Origin: Flavobacteriales bacterium
GTDB taxonomy: Bacteria > Bacteroidota > Bacteroidia > UBA10329
Length of the DNA stretch: 64,000 bases
Direction: 5' to 3'
Assembly: GCA_021741075.1 (NCBI GenBank)
Contig: JAIOYO010000003.1
Span: 19,889-83,888 of the forward strand
In this document: positions 46,488 to 56,369 of the stretch, in pieces
Layout of the letters: each line of letters opens with the position of its first letter
How positions within the stretch are numbered: position 1 is the stretch's first letter
Notes under the pieces: model-generated
Told to the model about the DNA's origin: nothing
Databases searched by the model: none
The model's input: only the letters and a program-made list of their open reading frames with translations
Program-made: the position numbers and the translations under genes

Positions 46488-47792
46488 ATGAAATACCTTC
46501 ACTACTTCGCCAGTCTGACACTTATTTTATTGCTGTCAGCAGCTGGATTAGAACTTTCCGCTCAGACTGCGGTAGGTATTGGTTCTACCACTTTCACACC
46601 AGACGCCAACTCAGTTTTAGATGTTCAAAGTTCAACGACTGGAGTTTTACTACCACGAATGACAATCGACCCAACCGTTGCTGGGAATAATGATGACGGT
46701 TTAATGTATTTCAATACTTCTACGCAGACGTATAAATATTATGATGAAACGGCCAACGTTTGGAAGTCCATAGCAACCGCATCAGGTAACGATTACATTC
46801 TAAATCAGACATCGCTTCAAACACCGGCTAGTTACAACATTAGCGGGTCGGGGCAAATCGGCACAACTTTAACAGTAGGTTCAACTGCTTCGGTAGTATC
46901 AACTTTGGCCGTTGGTCAAGGTATTAGGGTTGGGGATGCTGCGCTTACTCCCGCTGCTGGTCAAGGGAATATTCTTACAACGGTAGACGGTGGTTGGATT
47001 GGTAGAGGTAATTCTGCCACTACTCCAAGAATTGCATTTGATGCGACTACCAGTACAGAAAACATTAAAGTTTATCCAATAAAACAGATGCAGGTTCTTG
47101 TTGCAACAGCAAGTGACGCAAACTCTAACAATAGTAATACGGCAGTTACTGTGTCTAACACTGGAGCATCTACCGGTGTGGGTATTAAATTATCTGGCAA
47201 TAGAGGACTGGCACCAGGTGTAGGAGCAACAAGGGAAGTTGGATTTATCGATTTCGAAAACACCAATCCTTCTGCAGTAACCTTGGGTCGTTTAGGTGTT
47301 ACAAATCCAAGTTCAAATACAGCAGGAAGCTTTCAAATCTCTCTCTTGTCTGGAGGTAACTTGGAGGAACGACTAGTATTGTCGCACGCTGGAAACCTAA
47401 CTATAGATGGTAAATTCAATTCTCAAGGTATTCAAGAAACTTCAGATGCTAGATTTAAAAAGAATATAGTCGAAATTTCCAACGCATTGTCTACAGTTCT
47501 AAATCTTGAAGGAGTGACATACAACTGGAGAACTGAAGAGTTTCCTGAGAGATCTTTCAGTGATAGAATGGAATATGGAGTAATAGCTCAACAAATTGAA
47601 ATATTCGTTCCTGAATTAGTAAGTACCGATGAGAAAGGATACAAATCGGTTCAGTACAGCCACATGGTACCATTACTTCTAGAGGCAATTAAAGAACAAC
47701 AAGAGATTATTAACTCTCAAAGCAAAGAGCTTGGGGTTTTAAAAGCGAGCGTTGATGCAATCTCAGAATATATTAAAACTGCTGAGAAATAA
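46488..47792 (+). CDS. secreted tail-fiber-like protein with C-terminal peptidase S74 intramolecular-chaperone domain
   Basis: Signal peptide (MKYLHYFASLTLILLLSAAGLELSAQ). C-terminal SDARFKKNI...LEGVTYNWR...YGVIAQQIE...VQYSHMVPLLLEAIKEQQ is typical of the endosialidase-chaperone domain. Confidence 0.7.
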   Translation: MKYLHYFASLTLILLLSAAGLELSAQTAVGIGSTTFTPDANSVLDVQSSTTGVLLPRMTIDPTVAGNNDDGLMYFNTSTQTYKYYDETANVWKSIATASGNDYILNQTSLQTPASYNISGSGQIGTTLTVGSTASVVSTLAVGQGIRVGDAALTPAAGQGNILTTVDGGWIGRGNSATTPRIAFDATTSTENIKVYPIKQMQVLVATASDANSNNSNTAVTVSNTGASTGVGIKLSGNRGLAPGVGATREVGFIDFENTNPSAVTLGRLGVTNPSSNTAGSFQISLLSGGNLEERLVLSHAGNLTIDGKFNSQGIQETSDARFKKNIVEISNALSTVLNLEGVTYNWRTEEFPERSFSDRMEYGVIAQQIEIFVPELVSTDEKGYKSVQYSHMVPLLLEAIKEQQEIINSQSKELGVLKASVDAISEYIKTAEK

Positions 47793-47820
47793 TATTTCCA
47801 CTCTTCGTGATGAAGAAACG

Positions 47821-47856
47821 AAAGAGCCGATTCGAATGAATTGGCTCTTTTTTTTG
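47821..47856. terminator. rho-independent terminator (bidirectional; tail-fiber-like gene / comEC)
   Basis: AAAGAGCC-N14-GGCTCTTT is a perfect 8-bp stem followed by T5. Confidence 0.7.
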
Positions 47857-47873
47857 TGCCGATAATTTGCTGC

Positions 47874-49934
47874 CTAATTTGTTACCGCTCCTATCTCCGA
47901 CACGAACTTTACATGTTTAGCTCCTGCCTGTCTAATCTTTTCAGCCGTTTTGTACCCAAACTGGTTTGAAACAATTAGTTCTCCATTACACTCAGCCACA
48001 ATTTGGCAATTATCCCAATCCAGAGCATCAACAATAAAGTGATTAATGTATTCATCTTTGATTGACTCTACATCGCTCAATTTACCCGCTAAGTTTATTA
48101 TCGAGAAAGACTCATCGCCCCAATCCAATCTTCGATTAATTAACGAATCATTCAATTCAATAAACTTTTCGGAAGAAATTCCTTTTCGCCACCAATGATG
48201 TCGAACATGGAAAAGCATGGATTGCTCGTTTTCGTAAAGTTCTTTTCTAGCAATAAATGTCACTTCGGATCCATTCACCAAAGCAATTGCAGTATGGCCT
48301 TTCACGTTATATATTGTAGAAAATCTTTGATTCTTTTGTTCTTGAACTTCAACGGTTTGAAGGATCATCAAAACGATTCCTATCACCAAACTCAAGTACA
48401 GCCCGTATCGCTGTTCACCACTAATAAAGACAAGAATTCCCACAATAATTACGTAAATCATCAATGCCTCAGCCGTTGTGATATCGATTCCTGAGAGCAC
48501 GGAATAAGGTATTTGCTCAATCCAAATCACAACCTGATTGAGAATCAGAATCACCCACTTTAGTACAAAACCAAAAATTGGCAGCAAGGGTGTAAAGAGA
48601 CCGAATAGAAATAATCCAAATCCCAAATACAGAATACCCGTAGCCGCAGGAATGACTACAAGATTTGATAACAGAAACAGGTTTGGAAATTGATGAAAAT
48701 AGAGCAATCCTAACGGAAATGTTACAATCTGGGCGGCAATTGACACGCAAGAAATTGACCAAACCCAATCTAAGAATCTATTTTCAATGATTATCAAATT
48801 GAACAAAATCGGGTGAATAACTACAATTCCAATCACTGCTAAATAGGATAGTTGAAATCCCACTTGCATGATCATCATTGGGTTATAGACAAGAAGAAAA
48901 AAGGCAGATGTTGCTAGGGTATTGAAAATATTCGAATCTCTATTGATAGCTTTTCCGATAGCGACAAAAACAAACATCACTGCTGCTCTCGATACGGAAG
49001 CCGAAAGTCCAGTTAAGACGGCATAGCTTAACAGCAACGCTATTAGTAGGATGGTTTTTATCAGTCGGCCATAACGATACCTTTCAAGAAACTTTAATAA
49101 ACTATTCAAAATGAGGTAAACTATACCAACATGCAGTCCCGAAACGGCAAGCACATGCGTTGCTCCCGCCCCAGCATAAGCAGTCATCAACTCCTGATCT
49201 AGTTCTGTTCTGTGCCCTAAAACGAGTGCGGAAGCTACTGCCAATTCATCACCGTCAAGACCTGCTTCTTTGAACTTCGCAATAAGTTGAGACCGAAAAT
49301 TTGCAAACCAGCCGATGAAACTTGGTTTTCCACTCGATAAACTCTTCCAGTTTTCAGACTTAACATACCCTCGAAAAAGAATATTGTGGAAACGAAGGTA
49401 TCGTGGGTAATTAAATTCATTGGGATTTCCCACTTCCAAAATTGGCTGCAATTGTGTGTGAATCAAAAGTTCCTCTCCGTATTTTGGAATTGGCGAAGTT
49501 GAATCAACCTGAAAGTAAAGCAGTGCCTTTCCATGCATGGTTTCCGCCTTATCTTCTAATTCAGCAACAACCTTAACCGAGTTTTGTCTCACCTGAGGCT
49601 CTTCTGACACTCTTGCCAAGAAAACTTGATGAGAATCCGTTAAACGATTTTCATCAAGACGTCCTGGGAAAACATAATTGCATACTGAAATAGTGAGAAG
49701 ACCACCGAGCAAGAATAGTAGCGGTCCCAGAACTAGACCAAACAAATGTGGTCGTCTGCCCAAGGTGGCGTGTGCTATTACCAAAAATAAAGTAAGAAAA
49801 CCAGCGAGAAATAATCCCAATAGAATAAGACTCAAATCTACCTGAGCACCTTCTAACAGAAAAGAAAACAGAATAATACCCGCCATAAACGGCAGTACAA
49901 GGCGCAACATCGGAAACGAGTTCCAAGCCTTCAT
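47874..49934 (-). CDS. comEC: ComEC/Rec2-family competence channel protein (no metallo-beta-lactamase domain)
   Basis: ATG at 49934 (MKAWNSFPMLRL...). DUF4131-like N-terminus; competence domain GATHVLAVSGLHVG. No HxHxDH motif in the C-terminal region. Confidence 0.8.
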   Translation of the reverse strand: MKAWNSFPMLRLVLPFMAGIILFSFLLEGAQVDLSLILLGLFLAGFLTLFLVIAHATLGRRPHLFGLVLGPLLFLLGGLLTISVCNYVFPGRLDENRLTDSHQVFLARVSEEPQVRQNSVKVVAELEDKAETMHGKALLYFQVDSTSPIPKYGEELLIHTQLQPILEVGNPNEFNYPRYLRFHNILFRGYVKSENWKSLSSGKPSFIGWFANFRSQLIAKFKEAGLDGDELAVASALVLGHRTELDQELMTAYAGAGATHVLAVSGLHVGIVYLILNSLLKFLERYRYGRLIKTILLIALLLSYAVLTGLSASVSRAAVMFVFVAIGKAINRDSNIFNTLATSAFFLLVYNPMMIMQVGFQLSYLAVIGIVVIHPILFNLIIIENRFLDWVWSISCVSIAAQIVTFPLGLLYFHQFPNLFLLSNLVVIPAATGILYLGFGLFLFGLFTPLLPIFGFVLKWVILILNQVVIWIEQIPYSVLSGIDITTAEALMIYVIIVGILVFISGEQRYGLYLSLVIGIVLMILQTVEVQEQKNQRFSTIYNVKGHTAIALVNGSEVTFIARKELYENEQSMLFHVRHHWWRKGISSEKFIELNDSLINRRLDWGDESFSIINLAGKLSDVESIKDEYINHFIVDALDWDNCQIVAECNGELIVSNQFGYKTAEKIRQAGAKHVKFVSEIGAVTN

Positions 49935-50051
49935 TAGTTTTGATTTACTTATAGTGAAAGTAAATCGGATTTCGATAATTAACAACTGATTGATGAAAAC
50001 TGTGATTTTCAAAATTTTAAGAGAGCCTACCTCTACCGTAATTTGCATTGA

Positions 50052-50909
50052 ATGCATTTCTCATTGGCAGATAGAGAGGTTAGAGCACTCATTCAGTTGT
50101 TGGATGACCCGGACGACAGCGTTTACAAAAATGTTAGCACCAAGCTTATCTCCTTCGGAAAGAATGTAATTCCACACTTAGAGACCGAGTGGGAGATTAA
50201 CGCCCAAGACGCAATTCAATCGCGCATAGAAGAAATTATTCATCAAATTGAATTTGAAGTAGGAAAGAAGGCACTTGCTGATTGGAAAACTGATGGCGCT
50301 AAGGATATTTTTGAAGGTGCAGTACAAGCATCCATGTTTCAGTATCCTGATCAGCCGTTTGAATTGATGCTTGCAAAAATCGAGTTGCTGAGGAAAGATG
50401 TCTGGCTTGAACTGAATGACAATCTCACTTCGTTGGAGAAAATTCGAGTGCTAAATCATATCCTTTATGATGTACACCATTTCGGGCCTCATTTGAAATA
50501 CCACTCAACCGACCAAAGCTGGTTTATTTCTAATGTGCTCGCTCATCAGAAGGGAAGTCCAACCACAATGGCAATACTGTATAAGGCTATTGCTGATCGG
50601 CTTGAACTTCCAGTGGTTGGCATCAATTTACCAGACCATTTTATCCTCGGATATAAAGACGTTTACAAGCATACCTCAAATGAGTTGCTGTTCTACATAA
50701 ATCCATTCAGCAAAGGAGCCGTTTTTGGAAAAAGTGAGCTTGAGCGCTACATCCAAAAAATGGGAATTGAATTAAGGGTTGAGGACTTAAAGCCGCTTTC
50801 TAACGAACAAATAATTGCCCGACTGTTGATGGATTTGAAACAGTGCTACAAGAAACAGGGCAAATACCGAAAGATGGAAGAAGTTAACCAACTATTGAGC
50901 GTTCTCTGA
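50052..50909 (+). CDS. transglutaminase-like (SirB1 N-terminal family) protein
   Basis: GSPTTMAILYKAIADRLELPVVGINLPDHFILGY matches the Transglut_core2/SirB1-type motif. Confidence 0.6.
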   Translation: MHFSLADREVRALIQLLDDPDDSVYKNVSTKLISFGKNVIPHLETEWEINAQDAIQSRIEEIIHQIEFEVGKKALADWKTDGAKDIFEGAVQASMFQYPDQPFELMLAKIELLRKDVWLELNDNLTSLEKIRVLNHILYDVHHFGPHLKYHSTDQSWFISNVLAHQKGSPTTMAILYKAIADRLELPVVGINLPDHFILGYKDVYKHTSNELLFYINPFSKGAVFGKSELERYIQKMGIELRVEDLKPLSNEQIIARLLMDLKQCYKKQGKYRKMEEVNQLLSVL

Positions 50910-50958
50910 CCTACAATATCTTTGTCTACCATCCGTATTGAATGCGGAAAAAATCGAT

Positions 50959-51888
50959 ATGAACAATAAGGCAATTTTCAAGGAATGGTGCGCATCTCAT
51001 CCTGAAATTCCGTTGTTCCTTCAATATGATTGGCTGGAAATTGTAGCCAAACCAGAGCAATGGGATGTGGCCTTGATAGGAACGGAAAACGAAGTTCAGG
51101 CCTTTCTTCCTTATTTCAAAAAACGAAAGCTTCAGTTCGAAATAATCACCGTTCCACCACTCACTCCTTATATGGGGCCATGGATCAATTATCCCGAAGG
51201 GCAGAAAGAGTCAACCCGACTTTCGTTTGAGAAGAAAATGATGGAGCAACTTATTGCTCAACTTCCCAAGACCGATAAGTTCGTTCAGTATTTTCATCCA
51301 GAAATCACCAATTGGCTTCCTTTCTATTGGAACGGATTTGAACAATCGACCCGTTACACCTACATCATTGATGATCTATCTGATGCAGATGTTCTGTATG
51401 AAAATTTACAAGGGAACATCAGGAGAGAAATCGCGAAAGCTCAGAAAACACTCTCAGTCTCAGAATGCGATGACGTGAAAATCCTCCACCATTTAAAGTT
51501 GAAAGACTTTGAAGCCAAAGGGCAAAAAATCAATTATACCGAAGCTTACTTTTTGAATATCTATAAGAAGTTAAATGCCAACGAAGCCTGCAAAGCTTGG
51601 TTGGCAAGCGATGCTGATGGGACTCCGGTGGCCTCTCTCTTACTCGTTTGGGATGATGAATGTGCCTATTATCTGACTGGCGCGGTTGACCCGAAAAACA
51701 AAAACACAGGCGCCATGAGTCTGCTTATGTGGACAGCCATTCTATTCTCATCCAGCGTTTCGAATGCGTTCAACTTTGAAGGCAGTATGATTGAACCTGT
51801 TGAGCGTTTCTTCCGTTCATTCGGTGCAAAGCAAACGCCCTATTTCGAAATTCGGAAGACTGATTCCAAGCTTCTCAAATTGCTTTAA
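50959..51888 (+). CDS. GNAT/FemAB-like acyltransferase-family protein
   Basis: Length and C-terminal ...YYLTGAVDP..KNTGAMSLLMW... resemble FemAB-type GNAT (Acetyltransf_6). The ATG at 50959 is preferred over the TTG at 50938. Confidence 0.5.
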   Translation: MNNKAIFKEWCASHPEIPLFLQYDWLEIVAKPEQWDVALIGTENEVQAFLPYFKKRKLQFEIITVPPLTPYMGPWINYPEGQKESTRLSFEKKMMEQLIAQLPKTDKFVQYFHPEITNWLPFYWNGFEQSTRYTYIIDDLSDADVLYENLQGNIRREIAKAQKTLSVSECDDVKILHHLKLKDFEAKGQKINYTEAYFLNIYKKLNANEACKAWLASDADGTPVASLLLVWDDECAYYLTGAVDPKNKNTGAMSLLMWTAILFSSSVSNAFNFEGSMIEPVERFFRSFGAKQTPYFEIRKTDSKLLKLL

Positions 51889-51891
51889 ATA

Positions 51892-51918
51892 GAAAAAAGC
51901 CTGCCAACGCAAGCCTTT
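51892..51918 (-). terminator. terminator candidate after rny
   Basis: Minus strand GCUUGC-GUUG-GCAGGC (6 bp including one G-U pair) followed by UUUUUUCU. Confidence 0.4.
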
Positions 51919-51950
51919 TCTAATTCACTTAAACCTAACTAGCTAATCGT

Positions 51951-53507
51951 CTATTTCGCGTAAGCAACGGCTCGTTTCTCTCGAATAACCGTTACACGAA
52001 CCTGACCAGGATAGGTCATTTCATCCTGAATTTTCATGGAAATATCAAGAGCTAGTTGGTCTGATTGTGCATCTGTAACCTGCTCACTTTCTACAATCAC
52101 TCTCAACTCACGCCCAGCCTGAATCGCATACGTTTTGGTTACTCCTGGATACGCCAAAGCCAATGCCTCAAGTTCATTAATCCGCTTAATGTAGCTCTCT
52201 ACAATTTCTCGTCTTGCACCAGGTCTTGCACCTGAAATGGCATCGCAAACCTGAATGATCGGAGAGATCATGGTGGTCATTTCAATTTCATCATGGTGTG
52301 CACCAATTGCGTTGCAGATGTCTGGCTTCTCACCATACTTCTCTGCCAACTTCATACCCAAGATCGCGTGTGGCAATTCTGGTTCCTCATCAGGCACCTT
52401 TCCAATATCATGAAGCAGTCCGGCACGTTTCGCCTTCTTAGGATCTAACCCTAACTCAGCAGCCATAATTGAACACATATTTGCAACCTCTCTTGAGTGC
52501 TGAAGCAAGTTCTGACCGTAAGAAGAACGGTACTTCATTCTACCGACCATTCTGGTCAATTCAGGATGAAGTCCGTGAATACCAAGATCGATGGCAGTTC
52601 GCTTACCAATCTCAATAATTTCCTCTTCTAAACGCTTAGAAGTTTTTGCAACCACCTCCTCAATTCGAGCTGGATGGATACGTCCGTCCGTGACCAATTG
52701 ATGCAGAGCCAATCGCGCAGTCTCGCGCTTCACTGGATCGAATCCTGAAAGAATGATTGCCTCTGGAGTGTCATCTACAATGATTTCGATGCCGGTGGCA
52801 GCTTCCAATGCACGAATATTTCTTCCCTCACGACCAATGATTCGGCCTTTAACCTCATCACTTTCGATACGGAAAATGGAAACCGCATTCTCAATCGTGT
52901 GCTCAGTGGCAACACGCTGAATGGTCTGAATAACGATTTTCTTCGCCTGCTTATCAGCTTGCAATTTGGCCTCTTCAACCGTTTCGTTAATGGCCGACAT
53001 TGCAGCCGTTTTCGCTTCTGCGGTCAACGCTTCCACTAACTGAGCTTTGGCCTCTTCAGCCTTCATTCCGGCAACTTTTTCTAGCTGCTCAACTTGCTTT
53101 TGGCGATCGCGTTCAACCTCATCAAGCTTTTTATTGAACAGTTCTATTTGTCCGTCAAGCTTCTCCTGCTTCCGTTTGGCATCTTCCATTTCGCGTCTCG
53201 CGTTTTCGCGATCACGCTTCACTTCTTCAAACTTCTGTTGAAGCGAACCTTCCTTCTGCTTAATGCGATTTTCGCCCTCAACAATTTTCTGATTCCGCTG
53301 ATTGACTTCCTTTTCGTGCTGGTCTTTCAGTTCATGAAACTTCTCTTTCGCCTGCAAAATTCGCTTTTCGCGAATCACTTCTGCCTTTTCTTTGGCTTCT
53401 TCCAAAATGGCTTCCGTTTGCGCACTCACCACCTTCTTGTTGTAAACCATCATTCCCACGCCTCCCAGAATTATTCCGAGCAAGGCTGCTACTACTCCAA
53501 TTATCAT
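51951..53507 (-). CDS. rny: ribonuclease Y
   Basis: N-terminal TM, long KE-rich coiled coil, KH domain ([12 protein letters not shown]), HD domain (LLHDIGK). Confidence 0.95.
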   Translation of the reverse strand: MIIGVVAALLGIILGGVGMMVYNKKVVSAQTEAILEEAKEKAEVIREKRILQAKEKFHELKDQHEKEVNQRNQKIVEGENRIKQKEGSLQQKFEEVKRDRENARREMEDAKRKQEKLDGQIELFNKKLDEVERDRQKQVEQLEKVAGMKAEEAKAQLVEALTAEAKTAAMSAINETVEEAKLQADKQAKKIVIQTIQRVATEHTIENAVSIFRIESDEVKGRIIGREGRNIRALEAATGIEIIVDDTPEAIILSGFDPVKRETARLALHQLVTDGRIHPARIEEVVAKTSKRLEEEIIEIGKRTAIDLGIHGLHPELTRMVGRMKYRSSYGQNLLQHSREVANMCSIMAAELGLDPKKAKRAGLLHDIGKVPDEEPELPHAILGMKLAEKYGEKPDICNAIGAHHDEIEMTTMISPIIQVCDAISGARPGARREIVESYIKRINELEALALAYPGVTKTYAIQAGRELRVIVESEQVTDAQSDQLALDISMKIQDEMTYPGQVRVTVIREKRAVAYAK

Positions 53508-53528
53508 CTTCTTATTTTCATTTTGGTT

Positions 53529-53727
53529 AAAAAAAAACCCGCACAGATCCTTGGTCTAATTAAACTCCAATTATGACATGATTGGGACTGCCGAGCGCAT
53601 CAGAGGTCCACTGTCCCGAACGAATTCGGAAACCACACCGAAATGTGGCTGAGGCCTTTCTTTAACACCCTTGAGCTTAATCCCAATTTTTTAAACGTTG
53701 AGTTTAACAAACATCGATCTATGCGGG
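53529..53727 (-). ncRNA. structured ~190-nt RNA between zapA and rny (6S-like sRNA candidate, or rny 5' leader)
   Basis: On the minus strand, 12-bp closing stem CCCGCAUAGAUC (53727-53716) / GAUCUGUGCGGG (53549-53538), then a U9 tail. Nested stems UUAAACUC/GAGUUUAA and AUUGGGAU/GUCCCAAU. Apical hairpins include CCGAA-UUCG-UUCGG. Confidence 0.55.
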
Positions 53728-53787
53728 AAATCGTTGTAACGCCTTTCAGCGCTACGTATTACTTATGTAAAGAACGAACTACTTAAA

Positions 53788-54075
53788 TCAAGTGTTGGCA
53801 TCGAGCGCAAGCTCAATCGCCTTAAGCTTATTCAGCACATCACCTTCAACACTACCAGCCTTCTCCTCTCCTTCCATCGCCTCGGTAGCAAATTGAAGCA
53901 CACACATGCTTAATAAATCCCTAATATCTGTAACGGCATACTTATCCTCGTACATCTTCAACCTCTCTCGTATCTGCCGTTCAGCCTTTCTTATGGTTTC
54001 TTCTTCCTGTGGCGTTTCCACCGTCATCGGGTAACTCTTCCCTGCTATTCTTACTGTTATCGCTTGAGTTCCCAT
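53788..54075 (-). CDS. zapA: cell division protein ZapA
   Basis: 95 aa; ...VRIAGKSYPMTV...EE...KAERQI...; ZapA-like size and pattern. Confidence 0.75.
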   Translation of the reverse strand: MGTQAITVRIAGKSYPMTVETPQEEETIRKAERQIRERLKMYEDKYAVTDIRDLLSMCVLQFATEAMEGEEKAGSVEGDVLNKLKAIELALDANT

Positions 54076-54089
54076 TCAAAAGAATGTCC

Positions 54090-54380
54090 TTAATTATTAA
54101 GAAGTGCTATACACTTGTCAACCTCCCGCACCAATTCATTCAACCTCTTCCTCTGCTCCTTTCGGTCATCGTCATCATCCGTGACCGCCTTTGCAATTTT
54201 AACAACTTTATTCTCTTCCTCTAGCCTACTCAACACATTTTTTTGCTCACTTATCATTTGCTCCAAACCACCGTTTTTCTGCTTCAATTGCTCATTTTCT
54301 GCTTGCAATTGTGCATGAGCCTTGGCCAGTTTTTCAACTCGGCCAGCCAGCGAACTGATGTATGTGTTCAAGTTTTCCAT
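54090..54380 (-). CDS. coiled-coil protein (ZapB-like) upstream of zapA
   Basis: About 96 aa from the ATG at 54380. Heptad-rich (LAKAHAQLQAENEQLKQKN...). Confidence 0.5.
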   Translation of the reverse strand: MENLNTYISSLAGRVEKLAKAHAQLQAENEQLKQKNGGLEQMISEQKNVLSRLEEENKVVKIAKAVTDDDDDRKEQRKRLNELVREVDKCIALLNN

Positions 54381-54450
54381 CGAAATTCGAATATACAAAC
54401 ATACCGCTTTAAGATTTCAGATATGGAATTCAGACAATAGAAATATTTAG

Positions 54451-54545
54451 GCGTTTCCCACGCCCAAAAGCGTGGGTCGGGCTTTACGCTGTATCTTTTT
54501 TGTGAAAAACAAAAAAGGATGTCGCTCCAATCCCTAACGCGGCAC
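54451..54545. repeat. structured intergenic palindromic element
   Basis: Hairpins CCCACGC-ccaaaa-GCGTGGG (54457-54476) and ATCTTTTTTGT-gaaaa-ACAAAAAAGG. Flanks GCGT...TCCCTAACGC resemble a repeat type seen in Flavobacteriia intergenic regions (from memory). Confidence 0.45.
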
Positions 54546-54668
54546 TTCGAGCAAACATCACTTACGACTTATGCCTTACCACTTACTCCTCAATACTCAC
54601 ATCCAACTACTCATATCTTCCAACACCTAACTTCATCAGCTTGGCACGATAGCTGAACTTTGAACCTC

Positions 54669-56369
54669 ATGCGAACCATCATTTTTTTCCTTCTTCTTTT
54701 TTCCTTTTTTCATTGTCAGGCTCAAGAAACCGAATACAGAAATCCTATGGATGGCGAACTCATCCTTTCTGGCAATTTCGGAGAAGTGCGAACCAATCAT
54801 TTCCATTCGGGTCTCGATATTAAAACAGGTGGAGTGGAAGGAAAACCAATTTATGCGGTGGCCGATGGATTCGTATCGAGACTTACCATTGCTGGTGGTG
54901 GTTTTGGCAAAGCGGTTTACCTCGAACATCCGAACGGAAAGACCACCGTTTACGGGCACCTTCGCGAATTTGCACCCGAAATCGCAGCCTATGTCAAAGA
55001 TCAGCAATATGCCAAGGAATCCTTCGAAGTTGACCTGACCGTTCCTGCAACGAAATTCCCAGTCAAGAAAGGACAGCTCATTGCCAAAAGCGGAAACTCA
55101 GGCGGATCGGGCGGTCCGCACCTTCACTTCGAGATTCGCGAAACCATCGGGCAACATCCCGAAAATCCGCTCAACTACGGTTTTAAAGTTAAAGACGATA
55201 AGCGGCCTGAGCTTCAAAAGCTCTTTGTCTACAACCACGCTAAAAGCGGTCATGTGGAAGGACTAATCCAAGACAAAGGATTTGCTATTCAAGGTGCAGC
55301 TGGTAATTACACACTCACCGCAGCTACTCCTATCAAAGCTTCGGGCATTCTCAGTTTCGGCATTGCAGCTTTGGACCGCTTCAGCAGCGCCACTAATCCT
55401 TGTGGCATATATGGCATGAAAGTGAAAGTGAACGGCACCATCATTCACGAACAGAAATTGGACAAAGTTTCTTTCGACCAAAAACGAATGGTGAATTGCC
55501 ATACCGATTATCAAAAAAATAAGATTGATAACTTGAAGGTGTATCGTTCTTACATCGCTCCTGGAAATAAGTTGGGAGTATATACAACCATAGAAAACGG
55601 TGGAATGGTAAATGTAGAAAAAGGCAAAAAGTATGATGTCTCCATTGACGTATTGGATCACGCAGGTAACAAATCAACGCTGAAATTCTCCATTATCGGT
55701 CAAGAACATTCGGCAGCTGTTCTTACTCCGAAGGAAGACATCACTGACCTATTTTATCCATTGCAAGAGAACGCTTTTACCAACAATTCGCTTCGAATGA
55801 ACATTCCTAATGGCTGTTTGTACGATACGCTCAAGTTCAAATACGACCTCAAACCCGCATGCAAGGGCTGTGTTTCTCCTGTTCATTCCGTAGGAAAGCT
55901 ATTCGACACACCGCTCGATAATTACATGACGGTTTCCATTGAAATGAACAAACTATCGGAGTTTAAAACATCAAAAGCCCTGATGGTTTCATTCAATAAA
56001 AACGGAAATCCCATCAGTGAAGGCGGTGCTGCCAAATGGAACTGGATGACCACCAAGAGCCGCAGTTTTGGCGACTATTCCGTGATGCTGGACAGCATGG
56101 CACCTCGCCTCACTCCAAAAAACTTTAAAGACCAGACTTCAACGGCTGGTCTTTCGCGCTTGGAATTCACACTCTCCGACAACCTCGCTGGCGTAAAAAC
56201 CGTGACTGGAACGCTCAACGGAAAGTGGGTTTTATTGGAACAGGATCCTAAAAACAGCCTTCTTTATTACACCAAAGACGAACGATTCATCAAGGGACAG
56301 AACACCTTCCGAATTAAAGCTACTGATGCTGTTGGGAATGTGAAGGAATTGAATGTGACGGTTCAATAG
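54669..56369 (+). CDS. M23-family metallopeptidase
   Basis: Signal peptide; HFHSGLDIKT (HxxxD) and GGPHLHFEIRE (HxH). Confidence 0.8.
   Translation: MRTIIFFLLLFSFFHCQAQETEYRNPMDGELILSGNFGEVRTNHFHSGLDIKTGGVEGKPIYAVADGFVSRLTIAGGGFGKAVYLEHPNGKTTVYGHLREFAPEIAAYVKDQQYAKESFEVDLTVPATKFPVKKGQLIAKSGNSGGSGGPHLHFEIRETIGQHPENPLNYGFKVKDDKRPELQKLFVYNHAKSGHVEGLIQDKGFAIQGAAGNYTLTAATPIKASGILSFGIAALDRFSSATNPCGIYGMKVKVNGTIIHEQKLDKVSFDQKRMVNCHTDYQKNKIDNLKVYRSYIAPGNKLGVYTTIENGGMVNVEKGKKYDVSIDVLDHAGNKSTLKFSIIGQEHSAAVLTPKEDITDLFYPLQENAFTNNSLRMNIPNGCLYDTLKFKYDLKPACKGCVSPVHSVGKLFDTPLDNYMTVSIEMNKLSEFKTSKALMVSFNKNGNPISEGGAAKWNWMTTKSRSFGDYSVMLDSMAPRLTPKNFKDQTSTAGLSRLEFTLSDNLAGVKTVTGTLNGKWVLLEQDPKNSLLYYTKDERFIKGQNTFRIKATDAVGNVKELNVTVQ

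Noticed and set aside
46488-47792. Prophage or tailocin remnant
   Set aside because: Only one phage-like domain (the S74 chaperone) is present. No other phage structural, lysis or integration genes lie in the flanking 15 kb. It is reported as a stand-alone fibre-like protein instead.
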